This document shows positions 42,265 to 51,984 of a DNA stretch of 64,000 bases, one piece after another (within the stretch, counting starts at the first letter, position 1; every line of letters starts with the position of its first letter). Position numbers and translations under genes: made by a program. This DNA comes from an uncultured delta proteobacterium (GTDB lineage Bacteria > Myxococcota_A > UBA9160 > SMWR01), in contig CAWHTE010000011.1 of the NCBI GenBank assembly GCA_963832165.1, positions 576,001-640,000 of the forward strand, in the 5' to 3' direction. The notes under the pieces were generated by a model, which had not been told where the DNA came from, made no database searches, and was given only the letters and a program-made list of their open reading frames with translations.

Positions 42265-43535
42265 GGAAACACGCCGCGGCGGCGCTTGGCTTCCTTCACG
42301 CGGTCGATCCCGCGGATCAGCGCCGCCGTGCGCAGATTGCTCTTCTGAGTCTCGGCGAGTGCGAGCACGTCGCGAAATGCGCGCTGCATCAGGTTGATCA
42401 GCCGCGAGTTGACCTCGTCCTCGGTCCAGAAGAACTGCTGGAGGCCCTGCACCCACTCGAAGTAGGACACCGTCACGCCGCCCGCGTTGGCGAGGATGTC
42501 GGGCACGACGAAGATGCCGCGCTCGTCGAGGATCGCGTCGGCCTCGAGCGAAGTCGGGCCGTTCGCGCCCTCCGCGAGCACGCGGCACGCGATGCGACCC
42601 GCGTTGCGCTCGGTGATCTGGTTCTGAATCGCCGCAGGGATCAGGACCTCGCACGGCAGCTCGAGCATCTCCGCATTGCTGACGGCGTCCGCGCCCGGGA
42701 AGTCCGTGAGGTAGCGGTGCTCGCGCACCCACGCGTCGACCTTGCCGAGGTCGAGCCCGTTCGTGTCGAGCACGCCGCCCTTCGCGTCGGACACCGCGAT
42801 CACGCGCGCGCCGAGGTCCTTCGCGATGCGCGCCGCCGCGGCGCCCACGTTGCCGTAGCCCTGCACGACCACGCGCGCGCCCTCGAGCGGCAGCGAGAGG
42901 TGCCGGCACGCCTCGACCACGCACGCGACCACACCGCGGCCGGTCGCCTCGAGCCGCCCGAGCGAGCCGCCGATCTCGATCGGCTTGCCCGTGACGACGC
43001 CCGGGACCGTGTGGCCGATCTGCTGGGAGTAGGTGTCCATGATCCACGACATCACCTGCTCGTCGGTGCCGAGGTCGGGTGCGGGGATGTCGCGGTCGGG
43101 ACCGATCACCTCGATGATCTCCGAGGTGTAGCGGCGCGTGATGCGCTGGAGCTCCGATTTCGAGAGCGTGCTCGGGTCGATGCACACACCGCCCTTCGCG
43201 CCGCCGAACGGCAGGTTCATGAGCGAGCACTTCCAGGTCATCCAGATCGCGAGCGCGGTGACCTCGCCCAGATTCACGTCGGGCGCATAGCGGATGCCGC
43301 CCTTGGTCGGCCCCATCGTGAGCAGGTGCTGCACGCGGTAGCCGATCAGCGTGTCGACGGTCTTGTAGTCGTCGCGCCGGAACGGGAACGACACGATCTG
43401 AGACCGCTGGGGATGACGCAGCCGCTCCCAGACGTTCTCGTCGAGTCCCATGCGCAGCGCCGCCGCGTCGAGCTGCGCGACGGCGAGGCGATACATCGCA
43501 GAATCCCACTCGTACGTGGGCGTGGCGCCGTCCAT
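42261..43535 (-). CDS. gdhA: Glu/Leu/Phe/Val dehydrogenase (glutamate dehydrogenase)
   Basis: GPTKGGIRY, GGAKGG, DIPAPD, QGYGNVG, EGANGP, NAGGVTVSYFEW. Confidence 0.93.
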   Translation of the reverse strand: MDGATPTYEWDSAMYRLAVAQLDAAALRMGLDENVWERLRHPQRSQIVSFPFRRDDYKTVDTLIGYRVQHLLTMGPTKGGIRYAPDVNLGEVTALAIWMTWKCSLMNLPFGGAKGGVCIDPSTLSKSELQRITRRYTSEIIEVIGPDRDIPAPDLGTDEQVMSWIMDTYSQQIGHTVPGVVTGKPIEIGGSLGRLEATGRGVVACVVEACRHLSLPLEGARVVVQGYGNVGAAAARIAKDLGARVIAVSDAKGGVLDTNGLDLGKVDAWVREHRYLTDFPGADAVSNAEMLELPCEVLIPAAIQNQITERNAGRIACRVLAEGANGPTSLEADAILDERGIFVVPDILANAGGVTVSYFEWVQGLQQFFWTEDEVNSRLINLMQRAFRDVLALAETQKSNLRTAALIRGIDRVKEAKRRRGVFP

Positions 43536-43559
43536 GTCCCTCTCTTCGGTGGATTCCCG

Positions 43560-44465
43560 CTAGCGCAGTAGCTCTGGCGCGAGCGCTTCCACGAGCTCGC
43601 GCAGGCCCTGCTTCCAGGGCACCTCGGCCGGGCCGACCAGCTCGCGCATGCGCGCGTCGTCCGTCATGACGCTCTGCAGCGTGCGCTCGGTGCGCTCGAA
43701 CTTCGGCTCGAGGCCCGTCAGCTCGCCCAGGTAGGTGCACCATTCCTCGATGCTCACGTGCTCGCGCCCACACCAGTTCACGATCAGCGCGGGCACGCGC
43801 GCCGCGGCGACGAGCCCCGGCAGCGTGCGCACGATGTCGCGCTCGTGGAACAACGTGTACTGGCTCGGACCATCGCTGTGCACGGGGATCGGCACGCCGT
43901 TCTTCATCATGAGCAGGTGGTAGTAGGGCCAGCCACCCGTCGAGCCGTAGGGCGTGTTCAGGCGCGCGATCACGGTCGGCACATCGAACTGGCGAGCCGC
44001 GGTTCGCACGACCGCCTCCGCGGCGATCTTCGCGATGCTGTACGTGGGCATCATCACGCGGTGGTTGTCGCCGAGCGGGCTGTCCTCGGTGAATACGTTG
44101 TGCCCGTCGGGCTGGTAGACCCCCGTCGTCGAGCAGTGGAAGAACGCCTTGCGCGGCCGTGTGTGGCCGAGCAGCAGCCCCGCCGCCTCGGCGTTCGCGC
44201 GCAGATCGCGGTCGAAGTCGGGCTTCGGCGCGCGGCTCACGGCGAAGTGGAGCACGACGTCGAAGTCGGTCGGCAGCGCGGAGAAATCGCCGGCCTCGAG
44301 GTCGATCGTCTCGCACCGCACGCCGCCGGCCTCGAGCTGCTCGCGCAGCGCGGGGTTCGTGAAGCGCGCGATTCCCCACACCTCGTTGCGCGGGGCGAGG
44401 TCGAGCGCGATCGGACGCGCGACCTGCCCGGTCAGTCCTGTGATCAGGATCTTGCAGTTCTGCAT
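43560..44465 (-). CDS. NAD-dependent epimerase/dehydratase (extended SDR)
   Basis: ILITGLTGQV, CSTTGVY, YSIAK. Confidence 0.85.
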   Translation of the reverse strand: MQNCKILITGLTGQVARPIALDLAPRNEVWGIARFTNPALREQLEAGGVRCETIDLEAGDFSALPTDFDVVLHFAVSRAPKPDFDRDLRANAEAAGLLLGHTRPRKAFFHCSTTGVYQPDGHNVFTEDSPLGDNHRVMMPTYSIAKIAAEAVVRTAARQFDVPTVIARLNTPYGSTGGWPYYHLLMMKNGVPIPVHSDGPSQYTLFHERDIVRTLPGLVAAARVPALIVNWCGREHVSIEEWCTYLGELTGLEPKFERTERTLQSVMTDDARMRELVGPAEVPWKQGLRELVEALAPELLR

Positions 44466-44478
44466 CGGGGGAGTCTCC

Positions 44479-45718
44479 TCAGGCGGATGCCGCGATACTG
44501 GGGGGCGCAGCGGCGCGGCGATCGGCGCAGCGCACGGCGACGCCGCCGACCCGCGCAATGCGCAGGTCGCCGAGCGGCGTTCCGACGCCGCTGTTCACGG
44601 TCAGCGCCACGGAGAGCTGCCGCGCGGGGTCTGCGAACGCGCCCGAGCCGCCGAACCCGTAATGCCCGAAACCGCGGGGCGCGCGCGCGCCGAGCGCGAA
44701 CGAACGGTGGTAACCGAGCCGCCAGCGCATCGAGAGCGGAATCACGCGGCCGACGCCGTTGTTCTGCTGGGTGGTCGCAAGGCGCACCGTCTCTGCGGAG
44801 AGCAGACGCACGCCGTCGAGCTCGCCGCCCGCGGCCAGACACGCGTACAGGCGCGCGAGCGAGCGCGCGGTGAAGAACCCGTTCATCGCCGGGATCGACG
44901 CGGAGCGGAACACCTCGGTGTCGAAATCGACCTCTTCCATGCCGGGCGGTGCGAGCGCCGCGAGCGCTTCGGTGGGGTCGAAGCGGACGCCGACTGCGGA
45001 GAGCCGGCGCCGCCAGCGCTGCGCGCGCACGAACATGCGCTCGCGTGTTGGCGCGGCGCTGCTCGGCGGAGGTGCTGAAGGCGCCGCCGAACAGCTGCGC
45101 GCAGCGGTGCTGCTGGTCCGCGGGCACACCGCAGTACAGACCGTCGAGTCCGAGCGGCGTCGCGAGCTCGGTGGCGAACAGCTCGCTGCACGGCTTCTGC
45201 CCCGCAACGCGCCGGACGATCTCGCCCACGAGCCAGCCGTAGGTGATGGCGTGGTAGCCGTGCGCGGCACCGGGCTCATGGCGCGGCTTGGCCGCGGCGA
45301 GGCGGCGGACCATCTGCTCCCAGTCGACGATTTCGCTCGCATGCTCGACGACGTCCGCGATCGCGTACAGGCCGGCCTCGTGACACAACACGTGGCGCAC
45401 CTTGATCGCTTCCTTGCCGTTCTGCGCGAACTCGGGCCAGTAGTCGGCCACGCGCGCCTCGTAGTCGAGCAGGCCGCGATCGGCGTAGATGTGGAGCAGC
45501 GTCGACGCGACTCCCTTCGTGGTCGAGAACGAGATCGAGAGCGTGTCCTCTTCCCACGGGCTTCCCGCGGAGTCGCGCGTCCCGCCCCAGATGTCGACCA
45601 CCTTCTCGCCGCGGTGATACACGCACACCGCGCCGCCGCCGGGCCCGCGCCGCGGGATGATCCGCGCGAGTGAGACGCCGACGGCCGCGAAGTCCGGATG
45701 CAGGGAGCCGTGGAGCAT
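44479..45718 (-). CDS. Serine hydrolase, beta-lactamase-like/family VIII esterase, +1 frameshift at about 45046
   Basis: VVDIWGG, FSTTK (SxxK), GYHAITYGWL; second frame TARSLARLY, FGHYGFGGS. Confidence 0.85.
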
Positions 45719-45722
45719 GCGA

Positions 45723-47213
45723 CTAGTCGTCCTTGCCCTTCGCGGGCAGCTGCTCCGCCGCCTTCACGAGCTCTTCGAGCGACTCCGCGAACAGATCCTT
45801 GAAGCACCAGACGTCCGGGACGAGCTCGCGGCACGCGATGATCCCGAAGTCGAGGTGGTCGCGGTAGCTCGTCACGGTGATGTTGAGCCCCTGACCGTCC
45901 GCGATCGCAGAGACCGGGTAGTAGGTCTGCATCAGTGCACCGCCGCAGTACAGCGGCTCGCGCGGACCGGGCACGTTCGAGATGATCACGTTGAACGGCG
46001 GGCTCAGCCGGTTCATCACCTTCGTGCGCGCCGCGATGCGCGCCGCCTGCGCGAGCAGCGCGGGTGTAGCTACTTCCGTCCAATCAGTCAGCAACGCCGC
46101 GGGCGTGGCCTGCTGCATGCGCTTGGCGGACTTCATCGCGTTGTGGATCCGGCGCAGCCGCGTCACCGGGTCGGCGATCTCGGTGGCGAGCTCCGAGATC
46201 ACCTGTGTCACGCGATTGGTGAACTCCTGCTTCTGGCTCTCGGAGCGAACCGACACGGGCACCATCGCCTTGAGCGGCTCGTTGGGCAGCGCGTTCTTGC
46301 TCTCGAGGTAGCGGCGCAGCGCGGAGCCGGACACCGCCATCACCACGTCGTTCAGCGTGGTGCCGAACGCATCCTTCACGTGCTTGAAGTCGGCCAGCGG
46401 CAGCGAGAAGAACGCGAAGCGCCGGTGCGGCGTGATCGCGCGGTTGAACGGCGTGCGCGGCGCGGGCGTCTGCGGAATCGGATCGGCGTCCACCTGCGGC
46501 GCCTGCCGCTCGAGCCAGCTTCCCACGACCGGGAGCTTGTCGAGCCCGAGCGTGTTGGCCACGGCGCCGAGCGCCTCGTTGCTCTGCCACAGGCTGCGGG
46601 CGGTGCGAAACACGGTACCCGCGATCTTCGCGGGCGAGAGCGCGAGCCCCGCCACGCCGCGCGCAAACATCTCCATCGAGCGCGGCACTGCCTCCGGTCG
46701 CCAGGTCTCGACCGCTCCCTGCGCGGGCTCGGCGTCGGGCGCCCGATCGAGCAGCACGCGCATCATCTCGGTGCCGGAGGCGCCGTCGATCGTGCAGTGG
46801 TGGATCTTCGTGTACAGCGCGACCCGCCCGTTCGCGAGGCCTTCGATCACGTACGTCTCCCAGAGCGGGCGCCCGCGATCGAGCGCGCGCGCGTGGATGC
46901 GCGCGATCAGCTCGGAGAGCTGTTGATCGTCGCCCGGAGGCGGCACTGCGATGTGTCGCAGATGGAAGTCGAGGTCGAAGTTCGGGTCTTCGATCCAGTA
47001 GGGCCGATCGAGATCGAACGGCACTTCGACGAGCCGGCGCCGATACGGGGGCAGGAGCGGCAGGCGTTTCTCGAGCGTCTCCTCGAGCGCGTCGCGAAAC
47101 GAGCGCTCGCCGAGTCCGGTGGCGTCGAACATGACCAGCGACGCGACGTGGCCGAGCTGGCCTCCGGCCTCCATGAGCAGGAACGCGTTGTCGAGACCGG
47201 AGAGCTGCTGCAT
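45723..47213 (-). CDS. Wax ester synthase/diacylglycerol acyltransferase (WS/DGAT)
   Basis: LSGLDNAFL, KIHHCTIDG (HHxxxDG), TLNDVV, ISNVPGP, LNITVTSY. Confidence 0.95.
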   Translation of the reverse strand: MQQLSGLDNAFLLMEAGGQLGHVASLVMFDATGLGERSFRDALEETLEKRLPLLPPYRRRLVEVPFDLDRPYWIEDPNFDLDFHLRHIAVPPPGDDQQLSELIARIHARALDRGRPLWETYVIEGLANGRVALYTKIHHCTIDGASGTEMMRVLLDRAPDAEPAQGAVETWRPEAVPRSMEMFARGVAGLALSPAKIAGTVFRTARSLWQSNEALGAVANTLGLDKLPVVGSWLERQAPQVDADPIPQTPAPRTPFNRAITPHRRFAFFSLPLADFKHVKDAFGTTLNDVVMAVSGSALRRYLESKNALPNEPLKAMVPVSVRSESQKQEFTNRVTQVISELATEIADPVTRLRRIHNAMKSAKRMQQATPAALLTDWTEVATPALLAQAARIAARTKVMNRLSPPFNVIISNVPGPREPLYCGGALMQTYYPVSAIADGQGLNITVTSYRDHLDFGIIACRELVPDVWCFKDLFAESLEELVKAAEQLPAKGKDD

Positions 47214-47332
47214 CGGGGACTCCTCCTGGGGCGCCGCCCCCCCGCGCGCGCCCGAGAACGATAGCCTCCGCGCGACCCGCTGCCCGATCCGTGGTACCTC
47301 TCTCTTCCGACCGCACAGAAGGAGTCCAGCTC

Positions 47333-47665
47333 ATGGCGGCACGAAAGAAGATGAGCGCGTCGAAGAGGATCCGGAACGCGCAGAAGCGCGCGCGCGACGC
47401 AGTCGAGGTAGGGCTCGCCGATCTCGAACGCCGCCTCCCGCGCAACCTGCGCAGCGCGGTGCGCGAGATGCGAGCGAACCTGCGCGCGTTCCAGCAACAG
47501 CTCGAGCGCACGCGCAAGGATCGCGAGGATCGCTGGCGCCGGATGCAGACCCAGATGCGCCGCGACATGGTGCGCCTGCTGCAGCGGCTCGAGAAGGCGC
47601 TCGCACCCAACGCTCCGGCGTCGCGCGCGCGCGCGTCGTCATCGCCGCGGCGCAAGAAGCGCTAG
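47333..47665 (+). CDS. Basic coiled-coil protein (possible lipid-granule-associated protein)
   Basis: AAGGAG RBS; amphipathic coiled coil with Arg/Lys-rich ends; divergent from WS/DGAT. Confidence 0.6.
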   Translation: MAARKKMSASKRIRNAQKRARDAVEVGLADLERRLPRNLRSAVREMRANLRAFQQQLERTRKDREDRWRRMQTQMRRDMVRLLQRLEKALAPNAPASRARASSSPRRKKR

Positions 47666-47688
47666 GAGCGCGGCCCAATATTCGACCA

Positions 47689-47770
47689 TCGAGTCTTGGC
47701 GGAACGGGAGGCCACCTGTTCGACTTCGCTCGCCTTCGGCTCGCTGCGCGCGCCGCTTCGCGGCGCTTGC
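47689..47770 (-). repeat. Dispersed REP/MITE-like element (copy B)
   Basis: Reverse-complement match to 21112-21193. Confidence 0.8.
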
Positions 47771-47791
47771 GGGCTGAGCCCAGCTAGCGCA

Positions 47792-48415
47792 GTGCGCTCG
47801 GACGCGATCGATCAGTGGCTCTCGAGCTATCTCGAGATGCCCGTGAAGCTCTCGTTCGAGAGCAGCGTCGGCGATGCACTGCGCGGCAGCGTCGAGGGCG
47901 TCAGCCTGGAGGTCGCGGGCGTTGCGACCGCGTGGCTTCCGCTCGAGCGCATCGCGATGGGCGCCCAGCGCGCGACACTCACGCCGGGCCTGCCCGCCAC
48001 GCTCTCGGTCGAGAAGCCCGTCGTCTCGATCACGGTGGGGCAGCGCGATCTCGACCGCTGGCAGGGTGGGTCCCAGCTCCCGTTCCGGCTCCAGCTCGGC
48101 GAGAAGGGCCTCGTCGTGAACACGGGCGTCGCGGGTGTCGTGATCACGGAGTTCGAGGCGCAGCTCGAAGTCGTGAACGGCTGGTTCGTGCTGCGTCCGC
48201 GGCGCGCGGCGATCCTGGGCATTCCGAGTCAGCTCGCGACCTGGCTGCGCGCCTATCTCCCGCTGCCGCCGATCTCGCCCGGGGCGCGCCTTTCCGGCAT
48301 CGATCACGCCGCGGGCCGTCTCACGCTGCACTTCGCCGTCGCCGATTTCGAAGAGCGGGTCACGCCGGGCATGCTCCAGCGGCTGCGCAAGCGGCTGCTG
48401 CCGTGGGTCGACTAG
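47792..48415 (+). CDS. Hypothetical protein (possibly LmeA/DUF2993-like lipid-binding fold)
   Basis: Host-like codon usage, beta-rich pattern; family call and start are tentative. Confidence 0.55.
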   Translation: MRSDAIDQWLSSYLEMPVKLSFESSVGDALRGSVEGVSLEVAGVATAWLPLERIAMGAQRATLTPGLPATLSVEKPVVSITVGQRDLDRWQGGSQLPFRLQLGEKGLVVNTGVAGVVITEFEAQLEVVNGWFVLRPRRAAILGIPSQLATWLRAYLPLPPISPGARLSGIDHAAGRLTLHFAVADFEERVTPGMLQRLRKRLLPWVD

Positions 48416-49017
48416 CGGATCTCGCCCGATCGCCCGCGCGTGAGCAGCACGCGTACGTCCGCGGGTAGATCCACCGCCGACTCGTCGCGCAGCCGCCAGA
48501 GACGGTTGCGCCCCGTCTGGAGCAGCGCACCCGGGATCAGCACGACCACGAACGCGTTCCCGTCGATCTGGGCCACCCCGTGCGCGCGGCCTGTCGCGGT
48601 GTGATCGGCCCCCATCGCGCAGGCGGCCACCGGATCGGGCCCGCAGCGAACGGCGACGCCTGGAAGCCACGCGCGTCCGAACCCGGCGCTGAACGTCGCT
48701 CGACCCGGCATGCGGTCCGCATACGCGTGCAGTCCGATCTCGACGTCGAGACGCGCGGACGCCGGTGCGGACTTGACCCAGTAGAGCGATGTCGGCGTGT
48801 GCAGGAACGCGATGCCGGCCACGGGCTCCGTGCAGTCGGCGATCCCGCTCCAGCGCAGGTCCACGACCTCGACGAATGGACCCGTGCCGGTGCCCGCCTG
48901 CGCAGCGTCCTGGTAGGTGCGGCGCGTCGACCTCGACCAGCTCCCGCGGATCTCGATCGGCTCCGCGGGAACGACCGCGCCGAGGGACTCCGCGACGCTC
49001 TCGATCAGCGGGTGCAT
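48412..49017 (-). CDS. Hypothetical protein
   Basis: 201-aa ORF with ATG start; no recognised motif. Confidence 0.55.
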   Translation of the reverse strand: MHPLIESVAESLGAVVPAEPIEIRGSWSRSTRRTYQDAAQAGTGTGPFVEVVDLRWSGIADCTEPVAGIAFLHTPTSLYWVKSAPASARLDVEIGLHAYADRMPGRATFSAGFGRAWLPGVAVRCGPDPVAACAMGADHTATGRAHGVAQIDGNAFVVVLIPGALLQTGRNRLWRLRDESAVDLPADVRVLLTRGRSGEIR

Positions 49018-49030
49018 GACGCGGGCCGAG

Positions 49031-49462
49031 CTAGTGACACCGCACGACGCGATGGCCGCACGTGCGACCGGGCTTGTCGGTGCGGTGCCAGCAGTAGGCG
49101 GTGTCGGAGAGCAGGTGGAGCTCCCAGACCACGGTTCTGCCGTCGCGCTGGCGGCGCGTCTCGCCCTCGAGCTCGAGCGTGACCGAATCGGCGGTCGACT
49201 TCAGCACGCGATAGCGCCCCTCGCGCCGCTTGGTGCCGTCGAATGCGGCGACCGGCGCCTCGTGCCGCAGCGTCATGAACTGCCGATCCGCGGAGAACAC
49301 GAGGGTGTGCGGATTCACCGCGCAGCTGCGCGAGTGGTCCCCGGTCCAGCCCCATCTTCCCGCGATCGCGGCGAACACGTCTCGCCGGGGCGGTCCCGCA
49401 CATGCGGCGATCGAGAAGAGCAGGGCGAATCGCAGGGCGCTCGAAGCGTCGAGACGTCGCAC
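49031..49462 (-). CDS. Hypothetical lipoprotein
   Basis: Hydrophobic signal with IAAC lipobox-like site; IAGRWGW; Cys pair near the C-terminus. Confidence 0.6.
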   Translation of the reverse strand: MRRLDASSALRFALLFSIAACAGPPRRDVFAAIAGRWGWTGDHSRSCAVNPHTLVFSADRQFMTLRHEAPVAAFDGTKRREGRYRVLKSTADSVTLELEGETRRQRDGRTVVWELHLLSDTAYCWHRTDKPGRTCGHRVVRCH

Positions 49463-49559
49463 GACCTGGATTCAAGTCCATTCTGTTAGTTCGTCAAGTC
49501 GCGGGGCCGGGAGAAATATTCCACGACCGCCGCGGGGCGATTTCGAGTAGAGTGCTCGA

Positions 49560-51968
49560 GTGCTGAGCCCGTACCGCGTGATCGATCTCGCGTGCGATCG
49601 CGGGATCCTGTGCGGCCAGATCCTCGCCGACCTCGGCGCGGACGTGATCCAGGTCGAGCCGCGCGCGGGCAGCGCGGTGCGGCGCGAGGGGCCGTTCCTC
49701 CGCGACGAGCCGGGCCTCGAGCGCTCGCTCGTGTTCTGGGCGTACGCGCGCGGAAAGCGCAGCGTTGCGCTCGACCTCGAGGACGAGAGCGACCGCGCGG
49801 TGCTGCGGCGCCTGATCGCAGGCGCGGACTTCCTGATCGAATCCGAGCCGCCCGGCCGGCTCGAGGCGCTCGGGCTCGGCGACGCCGCGCTCGAGGCGAT
49901 CCAGCCCGGGCTCGTACACGTCTCGATCACGCCGTTCGGGCGCGAGGGGCCGAAGTCGGGGTGGGCCGCGACCGACCTCACGCTGATCGCGGCGGCGGGG
50001 CTCGCGCATTTGAACGGCGAGGCCGGTCACCCGCCCGTGCGCTGCTGCGTGCCGCAGGCCTGGGCGCACGCGGCCGCCGATGCCGCAGTCGGCGCGTTGA
50101 TTGCGCACTTCGAGCGCGAGCGCAGCGGGCGCGGGCAGCATGTCGACATCGCAGCGCAGCACTCGCTCACGATCGGCACTCAGTTCCGCGTGCTCGACGC
50201 GCCGCTCGGCGAGGCACCTGCGCGCCGGCTCCCGGGCGGCGTGTTCGTCGCGGGCCGGCTCATCCCGCTGCGCTACCGGCTGCGCGACGGCTGGGTCGCG
50301 CTCGGACCCGCCATCCTGCCCTCGACGGGTCACTTCATGAAGCGGCTGCTCGCGTGGGCGCTCGAGGAGGGATTCGGCGATCCGGCCGCACTCGACGAAG
50401 AGTGGGGTCAGTTCGCGCTGCGCGTCGTGCGCCGCGAGCTTTCGCCCGACGCCTACGCGCCCGTCCACGCGGCGCTCGAGGCATTCTTCGCCACGCGCAC
50501 GAAGGCCGAGGTCGTGGAGGCCGCTTGCAAGCGCAAGCTGCTGCTCGCGCCGCTGTTCGATCTCGGCGAGTTCGCGGACAGCCCGCAGCTCGTCGCGCGC
50601 GGCTTCGCGACCGAGCTCACGCCGCCGGAGGCCGTGGCGCCGCTGCGCTTCCCGGGACCGTTCGCGCGTTTCGAGCGCACGCCGATCCGCTACGAGCGCC
50701 CGCCGCCGCGGCTCGACGAGCACGGCGCCGCGCTGCGCGCAGAGGCACCGCGCGCGCCAGCGTCGACCGGATCCGGCGGCGCGCCGGGCGCGCCGCTCGC
50801 GGGTGTGAAGATCCTCGATCTGTTCTGGATCCTCGCGGGCCCCGGCGCGACGCGCATGCTGGCCGACTACGGCGCCGAGGTGATCCACGTCGAGTCGACT
50901 TCGCACCTCGACACGCTGCGCGTGATCCCGCCCTATCAATACGCGAATCCGCATCCCGAAGGCGCAGGCGCCTTCCAGTGCGCGAACGCGAACAAGCTCG
51001 GCGTCACGCTGAATCTCGCGAGCGCGGAGGGGCGCGAGATCGCGCTCGAGCTCGTGCGCCGCAGCGACGTCGTGACCGAATCGTTCGCACCGGGCGTGAT
51101 CGACCGCTACGGACTCGGCTGGGAGACGCTGCGCGAGATCAAGCCGGATCTCGTGATGATCTCGAGCTGTCTGCTCGGTCAGACCGGACCGTGGCGCGAC
51201 CTCACCGGCTTCGGAAATCTCGCGGCCGCGATCACGGGCTTCCAGCAGCTCGCGCGCTGGCCCGATGCGCCGCCCGCGGGTCCCTACGCCGCCTACACCG
51301 ACTTCATCGGCGTGCGCTACAACGCGCTCGCGATCCTCGCCGCGCTCGAGTACCGCAATCGCACCGGGCAGGGCCAGTACATCGACATGGCGCAGGGCGA
51401 GGCCGCGCTGCACTTCCTCGCGCCCGCGCTGCTCGACTACGCCGCGCACGGCCGCGTACCCGGGCCGCTCGGCAACACCGACCGCGAGCTGCACCCGCAC
51501 GGCATCTTCCCGTGCGCGGGCGAGGACGCATGGGTGGCGATCGCGGCGCGCGACGAGCGCGACTGGCGCGCGCTGTGCAGTGCGATCGGGCGTCCTGACC
51601 TGCTCGCGCGCCGCGGCGAACGCGAGCTCGTCGACGCCGCGCTCGCGGAATGGACGCGCGCGCTCGCTCCTGCCGAGGTCGAGTCCGCGCTGCAGGCGCG
51701 CGGCGTGCCCGCGCACGCGGTGCTCGACATGCCGGGCGTATTCGCGTGTCCGCAGCTCCAGCACCGCGGCCACTGGATCGAGATCGCACACGACATCTTC
51801 GGCACCACCACGATCGAGAGCACGCGCATGCGCTTCTCGCGCTCCCGTGCACTCGTTCCCGAGCGCGCGATCGCGTTCGGACGCGACAACCGCGTCGTGC
51901 TCGAGTCCATCCTCGGCTATTCGCCCGAGCGGATTGCGGAGCTCGAAGCGAAGGGCGTGCTCAGATAG
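49560..51968 (+). CDS. Tandem (fused two-domain) class III CoA-transferase
   Basis: Two CaiB/BaiF repeats: ILADLGADVIQVEP...RGKRSV and LADYGAEVIHVES...NKLGVTLNL. Confidence 0.92.
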   Translation: MLSPYRVIDLACDRGILCGQILADLGADVIQVEPRAGSAVRREGPFLRDEPGLERSLVFWAYARGKRSVALDLEDESDRAVLRRLIAGADFLIESEPPGRLEALGLGDAALEAIQPGLVHVSITPFGREGPKSGWAATDLTLIAAAGLAHLNGEAGHPPVRCCVPQAWAHAAADAAVGALIAHFERERSGRGQHVDIAAQHSLTIGTQFRVLDAPLGEAPARRLPGGVFVAGRLIPLRYRLRDGWVALGPAILPSTGHFMKRLLAWALEEGFGDPAALDEEWGQFALRVVRRELSPDAYAPVHAALEAFFATRTKAEVVEAACKRKLLLAPLFDLGEFADSPQLVARGFATELTPPEAVAPLRFPGPFARFERTPIRYERPPPRLDEHGAALRAEAPRAPASTGSGGAPGAPLAGVKILDLFWILAGPGATRMLADYGAEVIHVESTSHLDTLRVIPPYQYANPHPEGAGAFQCANANKLGVTLNLASAEGREIALELVRRSDVVTESFAPGVIDRYGLGWETLREIKPDLVMISSCLLGQTGPWRDLTGFGNLAAAITGFQQLARWPDAPPAGPYAAYTDFIGVRYNALAILAALEYRNRTGQGQYIDMAQGEAALHFLAPALLDYAAHGRVPGPLGNTDRELHPHGIFPCAGEDAWVAIAARDERDWRALCSAIGRPDLLARRGERELVDAALAEWTRALAPAEVESALQARGVPAHAVLDMPGVFACPQLQHRGHWIEIAHDIFGTTTIESTRMRFSRSRALVPERAIAFGRDNRVVLESILGYSPERIAELEAKGVLR

Positions 51969-51984
51969 GGTGGGCAATCCCGCG

